DNA of 64,000 nucleotides from Antedon mediterranea (Eukaryota; Animalia; Echinodermata). The stretch covers positions 17,839,432 to 17,903,431 of the forward strand of contig NC_092679.1 of assembly GCF_964355755.1 (NCBI RefSeq), written 5' to 3'. Below are positions 1-10,917 of the stretch, piece after piece. Below the pieces are notes generated by a model. It worked only from the letters and a program-made list of their open reading frames with translations, made no database searches and was not told where the DNA came from. The translations under genes and the position numbers were made by a program. Each line of letters opens with the position of its first letter. The stretch's first letter is position 1.

Positions 1-85
1 ACGCAATGGAAATGAGTTGACCAATCACGAAGACCAATCAATTCGTCCATGAGTCGTGATTGCTTGAGTTGCTTCCTAGTGGGAA

Positions 86-786
86 CTACTTTTACTTGCG
101 TTGCGCTTGTGCTTTATAGCTTGAACCTCGTTTTACTTGCATTTTGCTTGTGCTTTATAGCTTGAACCTCGTTTTACTTGCAGTGCGCTTGTGCTTCATA
201 GTTTGAACCTCGTTTTACTTGCAGTGCGCTTGTGCTTTATAGCTTGAACCTCGTTTTACTTGCAGTGCGCTTGTGCTTCATAGTTTGAACCTCGTTTTAC
301 TTGCAGTGCGCTTGTGCTTAATAGTTTGAACCTCGTTTTACTTGCAGTGCGCTTGTGCTTAATAGTTTGAACCTCGTTTTACTTGCAGTGCGCTTGTGCT
401 TAATAGTTTGAACCTCGTTTTACTTGCAGTGCGCTTGTGCTTAATAGTTTGAACCTCGTTTTACTTGCAGTGCGCTTGTGCTTAATAGTTTGAACCTCGT
501 TTTACTTGCAGTGCGCTTGTGCTTAATAGTTTGAACCTCGTTTTACTTGCAGTGCGCTTGTGCTTAATAGTTTGAACCTCGTTTTACTTGCAGTGCGCTT
601 GTGCTTTATAGTTTGAACCTCGTTTTACTTGCAGTGCGCTTGTGCTTAATAGTTTGAACCTCGTTTTACTTGCGTTGCGCTTGTGCTTCATAGTTTGAAC
701 CTCGTTTTACTTGCAGCGCGCTTGTGCTTTATAGCTTGAACCTCGTTTTACTTGCAGTGCGCTTGCGTCTGTAGTGGAAACCAAGA
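86..786. repeat. 41-bp tandem minisatellite (~16-17 copies) inside the end of a MITE
   Basis: Unit GAACCTCGTTTTACTTGCAGTGCGCTTGTGCTTAATAGTTT with period 41 (TTGAACCTC at 121, 162...). Flanks 1-86 and 765-786 resemble the palindromic MITE at 42043-42220. Confidence 0.93.
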
Positions 787-1581
787 GTTAGAATGACCCA
801 GGTAGCATTACATTAAAAACCACATATTTAGCATGTATTTTAAAACTATCGTTCCACTCGGTTTCTCGCATAATAAAGAATTTTACGGTTGACATATCAG
901 CCCCTCCGTTAACAAATCCATTTTAAATCAGTTGTGTGCCTTGAATAATAACAGGATATTTAATATTTATCGTTATGTGTAATTATGAGCAGACAAAATA
1001 TATTTAAGTTAAGTTGTTACAATAATGTACGTCTGTTTTGTCCTTTTTACTTGTCTTGTTTTCACAGGCTCTACACTCCAATAAGCTGCCCTAAATTTTG
1101 TTCTACACTTCACTTTCATGTTTTAGAAATATTTCTTTATAATTTAAATTCTGGTTTAGGCTGCGGAACACAAGACGATAACGATCGACGATAAATGGAT
1201 AAACATACATTTTTCTTACTTAAAACAAAAGAAATTCGAAAATATTTATTCTAGAATTATATTTTAATCATTATTTTATGCAGTCTCTGATAAAATAAAT
1301 TTTTTTTTAATGACGTCATGATCAATAAGAACAATAACATCGTTGTATCGTGACGATATTATTGCTTTTACTAATCATGACGTCATTTGATTGTGGACGT
1401 GTGAAAATATCAATTCAATTCAGTTAATTTATTGGCAGCATAGATGGTTATCCTATAGTTATATGGTGAAAACATTTTTTTTTTTACATAGGTAAAATGC
1501 ATATTTATCTGTGGAAATGTGGAAATATTTCTTATTATAATTATTTTGATATAATAATAATAATTGTTTTGATGTTCGCAG

Positions 1582-4500
1582 GTTGTATATTTCACTGCAA
1601 CGTTCCCGTACATTTTCCTGACAATCCTGTTGATCCGATCTGTCACACTGGAAGGTGCTTCTGTGGGACTTGAATTTTATCTCAAACCAAATACGACTTT
1701 ATTATTAGAATCACAGGTATGTAGTCACCTAGTGGCAGTGTTTGTAAATACTGTTTTCGGAACAGTAACCGAACTTTTACTTTTGTTCCTTTTTCGTTAA
1801 AAATTATCATGATTATCACATTTTTAAAGGTCTGGATGGACGCGGCCACTCAGACATTTTACTCTTATTCCATCGGAGTTGGTACGTGGTGCGCCCTCAG
1901 CAGTTTTAACAAGTTCAACCATAACTTTTGGAGGTATTATTATTACACAGAAAGTAAAATTACTAGTTTTTACTAGTTTAAAAACTAGTGAAATTGCATT
2001 TTTTTTATTCAATAGGTGTTTATTCTTACGGTGTATTACGTAACATGGTAACTATTAACTAGCACTTCAATAAAAACATATAATATAACAGATATCGCCT
2101 TTTACATATCGGTAAAATATAAGATTTGACATACCCCTCGGGAATGAAATTTTGCTCTCGAAAATATATATTTCCCTCAGATGGCGCTTAGATAAAAATA
2201 TATACCCTCGAGCAAAATATAATTTACTCGGGGATGTAAAATCTTATATTTCCCCTCTAAGCAGGCAATATCTGTATAATATTATTATATAGATAATAAT
2301 TAAACGTCGATCGCGTTTGTAAAGCGCACATACCAACAGATGCATACAACCAGTGATGCCCTTTAGATTTAACAAACTAATACTAATGAAAATATGAGAA
2401 AAAAAATCGACTAACTAAACAGTGTTAGTTTATATAATTTCATTGTTTTACTTTTTAGCGTTGAACTTTTGTTTGTATAATTTTTATTTTTTTTTAAAAT
2501 AAATAGTAGTAGTGTCAATTTGGTCGTGCGTTACGCACGTTCCTTATAAAGTGGGAAAAGACGATTAACTGTATGGTGGTTTTAATATGTGTGTTTGTTT
2601 TTTTTAAATATTATTATGGATGCGTTTATTTATTACACGTGTGTGACCATAATATGAAAGGTTAAAATCTTAATTTTTTATAACGTAACACTGGGGGATT
2701 TTAGTGAAAATATAAGTCGTTATAAATGGGAAATTTCTCTTTATATCTCTTTAGAGATTGCGTGGTTTTTGCGTTCGTCAATTCAGGCACTAGTATTTAT
2801 GCTGGAATTGTCATATTCTCAGTTATCGGGTTTATGTCGGTAAAACAGGGCATTCCTGTGGACGAAGTTGCAAGATCTGGTAAGTAGGAACCAGTGGAGT
2901 AACAGCTATGAGCGCTCACTACTGGTTAAATCCAGGGACCTCAGAGCTTATAGGACCCAAGTAGGACCCAAAGAAAGCAACGGGCATTACAATATGTTGA
3001 AAAAGGCTAAAAACGCTAGCGTCAGAGGGTCACTTACGGTTCCTAAACCAGTGGCCTCAGGCCTCTTGTGTTACTAACGCCAGTGCATGGAACACCGCTC
3101 AATACATTATTCGCTTTTAGGCCTATTTTGCCGCCGTCTTTTCTTTCAGCTTCACACACATATCGGCTACCCCCTGAACCACCTATACCCGTGTAGGCAT
3201 ACTATAAATACTCATATATTACGCTTTTCAATCTTCAGGACCAGGGTTAGCTTTTGTAGCGTACCCAGAAGGAATTGCGCAGATGCCCGTAGCACCTCTC
3301 TGGTCGTTTATGTTTTTCTTTATGATACTTCTACTTGGTATTGACAGTGAGGTAAGTTCTTGTTCCTTGACACACAATTAATTCATAAAGGCTTTGAAAT
3401 TGTTGGATAAAATGACTACCATACCACCCAGAGACCGCTGTCAAATAATTGATACACCTAAAGATTGCCTCCCTTTAGAGCGCAAGGCAAGTGAGTTGAC
3501 CAATGACAAAATCACTTACGTTGCGCTTACTTCCTTCCGTTGAGTCCTCCTGGTCGGAATCACGCTTTAAGGTTGGCTACGTACAGGGTAGCAATGTCCT
3601 CAATGGCGCCCCGTACATTTTATGACAGCTAATCGTACAAGTTTCCAAAAAAAAAAAACGGTGTTTGTACAATATTGTCTGATCACTTTTAATGAATGCG
3701 ATCACTCGTATCTGTCTAGTTTGTACAAGTGGAAGGTTTCGTCACAGCAATGGTTGACTTGTTCCCAACCTACCTTCGAAGAGGATATCGAAAAGAGATA
3801 TTTATAGCAATCGTCTGCTTCTGGTCATTCCTCGTTGGTTTATCAATGGTCACATACGTAAGTATAAGTATGTTGTAATTTAAATAGTATGCAAAATGTA
3901 TGCGGTAACACCCCATGCATCAGGACACCCCTTTTCAGGGAAATCCCTATCAAGCCGCTCTGGAAATATATCACCACGGTTAACCTCTTCTAGAGACATC
4001 CCCATCAAGGGGACGCTTTGGAAACGTATTACTACCTCTATTCTAGAGACATTCCTATTAAGGGAACGCTTTGGAAATGTATCACCACGGTCACCTCAAT
4101 TCAGGGGCATTCATTATATGGAGATACTATTGGTGTCCCTTTAATAGGTGCTGACGTATTATCAATCATAAATAAAATACTAATTGTATGTATTTTGATT
4201 TGATGTATTAGGCCTACAAACTTTATTTATTTCCCAGGGTGGAATGTATGTATTCCAACTGTTTGATTCGTATTGTGCAAGTGGAGCGACGTTGTTATGG
4301 CTGGCGTTCTTTGAAGCTATTGCCATTGGCTGGGTTTACGGTAAGATAATGGTAACAGACATCATCATAATCCACTCCTTCGTCTGCCGATAAAGATAGC
4401 TGAGCCTCTCATCGCGAGATGTCTCTAAAGTATCCATCTATGTTTCCTCCGTACAGGTGCAAGGCGGTTCTTAAATCACTTTGAAGAAATGTTAGGAAGA

Positions 4501-5453
4501 AAAGTTCATGGTTACTGGCTTACAGCTTGTTGGGTCGTTTGTACGCCATGTTTTACCTTTGTAAGTCGATTTAGCCTAAATACCGTTGTCATTATATATG
4601 AGCGCTTCTATAATGTTCTAAGTATTAATTAATCTAGTTAGAGGGTTATTATATAATAGATCTTGTAATGCTTCATCATATAAATAATTAGGCCCGTGCA
4701 ATATGCATGATTTCTGGCATAACCTGATGGGAAAAATTCGGCCGAATGACTTCATACATGTGAACAGACAGACGATGAAAAGCCTGACACTATATATTTT
4801 TCTATTGCAGGGAATATTCATTTTCAGTCTGGTTAAATACACCAAGCTGGAGTATTCGTCGTTTGATGAGACGTACACGTACCCGACGGGTGGTTACATA
4901 TTTGGCTGGTTTTTATCGGTATCTTCAATGGTCATGGTACCAACAGTAGCTGCAATTCAATTATTGGGAACGGAAGGTACCTTTATTGAGGTTAGTAGGC
5001 CTACAATCTTTATTTGTGATTTTACCTTTTTTATGATCTGATATGATCATTATAAATATTGATGAATATGCCAAAGCCTGGTTTAGCTCAATTCGCCTTG
5101 TGGATATGAATATTCATGTTTATTTTGTGACGTTTCATGAAAGGAAAGAAATATCGCTTCCCGCTAGTGCGCAACGCAGGGATGCAAGCGCAACGCAAGC
5201 AATTTTGACCGATCACATCGCGTTGGATCATCAATTTCCACTTGTGATTGTGCTCACTTGCTTTGCGCCTACGTCATTGCGTTTCATCCAATTGGAAACA
5301 CCGATACTAGATATCAATAAATATAAAATATATTTAATTTTTAAAAAACTTTTCATACAGAGGCTGAAGTACCTAACAACAAGTCAGCTACAACAGACAG
5401 AGAAAGAAATGAGCCAATTCGAAAACCATGGAACAGAAGAAGAAAAGCTGTAA
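1582..5453 (+). CDS. SLC6 Na+/Cl- neurotransmitter symporter, taurine/GABA/creatine-transporter-like; 5' exons lie upstream of the window
   Basis: Exons 1582-1716, 1830-1933, 2755-2879, 3239-3351, 3720-3857, 4238-4340, 4457-4560, 4811-4990, 5361-5453, all GT-AG and in phase. They encode [66 protein letters not shown], which from memory are close to SLC6A6. Confidence 0.93.
2086..2280. mobile_element. Palindromic MITE-like element (~195 bp) in an SLC6 intron
   Basis: Imperfect inverted arms: ACAGATATCGCC...AAATATAAGATTTGACATACCC versus GGGATGTAAAATCTTATATTT...GGCAATATCTGT. Confidence 0.6.
3900..4152. mobile_element. Tc1/mariner-like MITE (GGGACAC...GTGTCCC family), degenerate; relatives at ~23350-23483, 47894-48042, 56998-57210
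   Basis: Shared GGGACAC motif and GTGTCCC(C/T)TTAATAGG-like end. The best copy ends ...GGGGTTCTACTGTA (48042), giving TA-CAGT type termini. Confidence 0.55.
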
Positions 5454-6718
5454 CCAATGCAGCTGTTACGGTATCATGTCTAACGTCGATAAACTTTCTA
5501 CAGTATCGTGTACGATGGCATTAGACCCACACTACCTAACTTAAATAATAACTCAACCTAACCTGATAAATAATCCCCAATATAACACAACCAGTAGGTG
5601 TTGAACCTAGTAGGCGAGGCTAAAGCACTAACAGTCGAACAGCTGACTGGCAGAGCGTTGACATAAGAAGAATAGAGGCAATGTGATGAGTCAGAGAGAC
5701 TCGCCACAGATATAGTATATCCCATATTCAGAAGACGGTTAGGCATAATATGATACCACTTGCCGTGTATCAGGTGCTTAAGAGCCCTGAATGTACAGTA
5801 AAGATGAAACAAATTATATCTTAATTAAATAAATAAATTAATTAGTTAAATATTATCAATAAAACTGTAATTCAAAAAGTATACCACTATTAGTTTTTAA
5901 ATTTCAAAATAAAATGATTAGGAATCTAATTTGTTGACCATAAATGGCATTAGTATTTTTTATTTAAATACCGTAGCTTTCGTCGTCGTCTGGAAGGAGA
6001 CTCCGCCAAAACTTTTTTCGATGAATCACATGACATCAAAAATCAAAAGCCAGGCCTACAATATTATATCATTCGATTGACGTTGAAGAATAGTGACGTG
6101 GTTCATGTTTGCGATCACCACCGCCCCAGACGTACGTAACATAGGCCTTTAATGCAGTGCTGATGATTTTCTGTATAGAACGTTCGGTCAAAGTTGGCGC
6201 GTTTTGTATCTCAGGCGATCGAAACAGCTATAACTCTAATAACGTGAAAATCGATCACGTTTTTTAAAAGTATTTTTAACTAGTTTCCTCAGACGCTGAC
6301 TGTAACCAGTAAATTAATGAAATGTCATGTATCATAAATGTAAACAATTGTGTTGTGTATATTGATTCCGGGCCTAATAATAAACAATAAATAAAATTGT
6401 TAAACCTTACGTCATACCAATGGATACCAATGCAATCATTTCACTTGCAATATTCCTCATTTCCCGTTTCAGCTCCGTTAAAACAATCGACCGTTTCCGC
6501 CAATACAATAATACACAAGATTTGTCAGTTGGGCTTAGCATACCTCCCAGACAAGTGTCACCATTTGGTCGTCACTAAGCCCAATACCTGTAGGTGTCTT
6601 ACACAATTATTGATGATCTAAAACCAATACTATTGGCAATAGAGAGCTGAAACGTACTTCCTTGACGTGGGGTGCCGTAGGGAACTTGGTCGTTGAGTTT
6701 ATTTACCGTGTCGATATT

Positions 6719-8871
6719 ATGGATACGGACTACACATCTAGCCCAGTAAAGACACAAATCCGTGCGATGGAGATTCGATGTGCTCCGCCAAAACCTTCGC
6801 GTAAGTCCATGACGCTTGGGGCCAATACTCACTACACTACAGAAGCACCGGGTTCAAACTTAACTTTTAACAAAGTAACGTCTACGGACAAGAACGCCAA
6901 GAACAACGTCGTCACACACCCTGGTCGTCAACAGAGTCGCTATATAGATAGTAAAGAAGTGATTAAGTTGTCGGAAAAAAGCAATGATGTGGAATATAGC
7001 GATATTGAAGATGACGACAACGAAAAGGGCGAACGTGACAGTAATTACGAGATACCGATGTATAATGGTGACTACCACTCAACGTATATAGCAAGGGATG
7101 GAAGGAAGATGCGACAACGGCGGGAAAGACGCAGTTTTATTGCCAGGAAAATGAAGTGTGAACTGGATTTTAACAGTCAGACGATATTTAGAACGTGCAT
7201 TGTTGTCTGTGTATTGTTGTTGTTGTTAATCGTTACATTTATAATATACGGCGTTGTTATGAAGAGGGGTAAGTACCATACACTACTGCTTTGACACCAA
7301 CTTAAATAAAAAATTAAAAAATTAAACTGACTTGCACTAAATACAATAACTGTAGTATTAAATTTATAATTGCATACTTTAATACTTTAACGGATGTTTA
7401 ACAAAACGAATAGGCCCAGAATGAATACAATAGACTTCACCGCAGCCGTGCAATGAATCGCCTTGACTTAACCTTTTTTCTCTTTATTCATTCACCATAA
7501 TAATTACACATTTCCCACATATAATATTTTTTCATTATTTTATTGAATTTATGATACTCGCAATATAATAGTAAAACTAAAAACTAAACTTTGACACTTT
7601 ACATAAAACAGAACAAAATTCCTCGACAGATTTCAAGTGCCGTTTTAATCTTGGCCGGGTACCAGAGCCTTTGAAATTGTATTAGGCCTATATAAGCTGT
7701 GGTAGTAAAATAGCTGAAGCCAAATACATGCATATTATTTATGCCTTTTTTTATACATGAAAGTCAACAATGCATTTCTATAACTAGTCAATTATTTCCT
7801 GATTAACGTATGTCACCGCAGCCGGTAGATCGGTAGAAAAAAAAACGACCTTTATTGAACTCTGTTCTGTTTTATCATGGGAAATTGTACTGCGATTGAA
7901 CATACCTTGGGCATTTGGAATATACTCGGCTACCGGTATCTCTTCCCGTCAATATCATGATTGGATTTTGGTATTGCTAGGAAATGTTTTTTATTGTGTA
8001 TTAATATATTAAAAAATATAAACGTTTGCAACAAAATTGATAATAACCTGGCAATTATTCTTGGACGGCGGTTAAACAGAATTATCTTTTTTTTCTTTTT
8101 TTGTATGACTTTTTTTGGTGTTTAAAGATACTGTACACCTAACTTTCTCATTTAGCGCTACACGCAATACAATTGTTTTGTTTTCTTGCAGCTTGCCCAT
8201 TACCACTACCGCCAGACTGTGCCGAACTTCTTCGCCGGGATCCATTGACACCAAGTGGGGTATACTTTATTCGTCCACGAGTTTTAAATGAAGATGTTAA
8301 GGTCTACTGCGATATGGAAACAACCGGAGGAGGATGGACCGTCATTCAAAGACGCAAAGACGGCAGTCAAAACTTTGGCAGGGACTGGTTCGAATATAAA
8401 CAGGGATTCGGTGACGTCAGTAGTGAATTCTGGCTGGGCAACGAAAAAATTCATTTTTTGACCTTACAGGGTCATTACGAGCTGCGCATTGATATGGAAG
8501 ACGTCAGTAAAAAAACGTCTTTTGTTGAATACTCATACTTCTGGCTGGGAAGCGAGACTAACTTTTACAGATTATATTACGACAAATTTTTAGGTGGGGT
8601 AGGGGCAACAGATAGATTATCTATACATCGGGAGAACGCATTTTCAACGATGGATAGAGATCATGATCTAGCTCCGAGCTTAAACTGCGCTAAGTTCCAC
8701 CACGGAGGGTGGTGGTACCATCAATGTAAAGACTCCAATTTAAATGGCAATTATTTCAAATCTGGAATGGCAACTGCTGATGATGGTGTCACGTGGGAGA
8801 ATATCATGATAAATGGAACAATTAAATCACTGACATTTACGGAGATGAAAGTACGACCAGATATTTTCTAG
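6719..8871 (+). CDS. Type II transmembrane fibrinogen-related domain protein (FReD; FIBCD1-like topology), ~409 aa, 2 exons
   Basis: Exon 1 is 6719-7268 (ATG, hydrophilic N-terminus, then TM CIVVCVLLLLLIVTFIIYGVV after a basic RQRRERR stretch, phase-1 GTAAG donor). Exon 2 is 8192-8871 (TTGCAG acceptor, in phase), with VYCDMETTGGGWTVIQRRKDGS, EFWLGNE, FSTMDRDHD, GGWWYHQCKDSNLNG. Confidence 0.88.
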
Positions 8872-8979
8872 AAATTACAAAAAAGTAGGCCTATCTAGTA
8901 GCACAATTTAAATCATTAAACGTGTCGGTAAAACATTTCATAGACACTCGATATTCTGCAGATTCGTTTTAAAACAAAT

Positions 8980-9155
8980 CACCCCTAACCTGGTCAGACG
9001 CATCTAACTTGGTTAAACGCCCCTAATCTGGTAAACCGCACCTACTAATTGATTGATCAAATACACAACATCTGGTCAAAGGCACCGAGTCTGATCAAAC
9101 GTCTTAACCTGATGAAAAGATCTAACCTGATCAAACGCACTTAAACTGCTCAAAT
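8980..9155. repeat. Degenerate ~19-20-bp tandem repeat downstream of the FReD stop codon
   Basis: Recurrent CTAA(C/T)CTG(G/A)T(C/T)AAACGC-like units. Confidence 0.55.
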
Positions 9156-9516
9156 ACGGTTTTGTTTAAGCGATCTTAGATATTTAACTGTTTGTAACCA
9201 ACGTGATAAATTGTCTGCTGCAATATTTATAGTATTAATATTGTATTAATATAACTATATCACTGTATATTTCTATTTTTTTAGGTGCGATAAACAATAA
9301 AGGGTAATTTATATATTTGTTAGATACGTGGTGTACATCAGAGGAGTATATTAAGCTCGATCCAGGATTTGTAATTAAGTGGTTAAGTGGGTTCCTTTTT
9401 CCAAAAATGAGAAAACTTGTCACATGCTAGTTAGGCCTATTATTTACCATTGGGCCTTCTCACTGTGGTATCTAACTGAAAAGGGCACTTCAGGCAAGGG
9501 GATTCGTTCGAAACCT

Positions 9517-10087
9517 CCTCCCATACACACACCCCGGCTACGGGCTTGTATGTTGAGCATTTGATTAAACTCCCATACACACACCCCGGCTACGGGCTTG
9601 TATGTTGAGCATTTGATTAAACTCCCATACACACACCCCGGCTACGGGCTTGTATGTTGAGCATTTGATTAAACTCCCATACACACACCCCGGCTACGGG
9701 CTTGTATGTTGAGCATTTGATTAAACTCCCATACACACACCCCGGCTACGGGCTTGTAGGTTGAGCATTTGATAAAACTCCCATACACACACCCCGGCTA
9801 CGGGCTTGTATGTTGAGCATTTGATTAAACTCCCATACACACACCCCGGCTACGGGCTTGTATGTTGAGCATTTGATTAAACTCCCATACACACACCCCG
9901 GCTAAGGGCTTGTAGGTTGAGCATTTGATTAAACTCCCATACACACACCCCGGCTACGGGCTTGTATGTTGAGCATTTGATTAAACTCCCATACACCCCG
10001 GCTACGGGCTTGTATGTTGAGCATTTGATTAAACTCCCACATACACACACCCCGGCTACGGGCTTGTATGTTGAGCATTTGATTAAA
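9517..10087. repeat. 52-bp tandem minisatellite (~11 copies)
   Basis: Unit CTCCCATACACACACCCCGGCTACGGGCTTGTATGTTGAGCATTTGATTAAA, period 52 (9571, 9623...). Confidence 0.95.
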
Positions 10088-10917
10088 GCTATTATAATGT
10101 TAAATGTTTTGTTTTCTCATTTTTATGTATTATTAAAGAAATAAAATTGTTGGTGTATAAAATAAATAACATCGTCGTTTATGCTAAAACTGAATAACAG
10201 GGTTTAATTTTTAAAAATAAGCAATAAGTTTATTTTCTATGGGTTCAAAATAATTCACTTTAACTTGTAATAATAAGAGCAATATAAGCCTATATGAATT
10301 TTATATCTTATGTTGAATATTGTGTTTTATTACCAGAGTGACTCGCTGTTATTTCTTAATGTTTGAAATGAATTTAAACAAGAAATACTCGCTTGTTTCA
10401 AATGTTTTTGAATGTGTCATTTTATTGTCACATAATAGTTATTTTACCTGAAAGAAAATGTGGTTTTTGGGTTTCTTTTCTCTTTTTATATGTGAATAAA
10501 TATTATTTTGTTGTTACAGAAGTGAATACTCAATTTCTGTCACAAACTTTAATGTACTGTTTCGATAAGAATTCAATGAATATCTGACAGTGAATTAAAT
10601 GGGACTCATAAATACAAGAAATGCTTTGGGATTTGTAATTTCAGCATGAAATGTCCTAATAGACTCTTTTCCCAGAGGTTTTTGGGTCTAGCAGCTGGAA
10701 ATCTATAAATTATAGTGGAGTTTCCATTTTCGCAAAACTGTCGTCCTTAGAACTATAACTGCTGCTGCTTCTGATTGAGTAGTCCTAATATAATGGGACG
10801 TAGCATTTCGATTATACATCATCATCATAAGAGCAAACCATCGATGAGGGCAGCATTGATGTCACAAGAATAAGAAAAAGTCCAACGTGTGCACAAAAAA
10901 GACAGTAGTTCCATAAA

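Noticed and set aside
2892-3085. Small hAT-like MITE in an SLC6 intron (CAGTGGAGTAAC...GTTACTAACGCCAGTG)
   Set aside because: The TIRs are imperfect and the TSD matches only partly (GTAGGAAC / CATGGAAC), so it is too degenerate to call.
86-10087. 41-bp and 52-bp arrays as CRISPR arrays
   Set aside because: They are head-to-tail tandem units with no unique spacers, there are no cas genes, and the context is eukaryotic.
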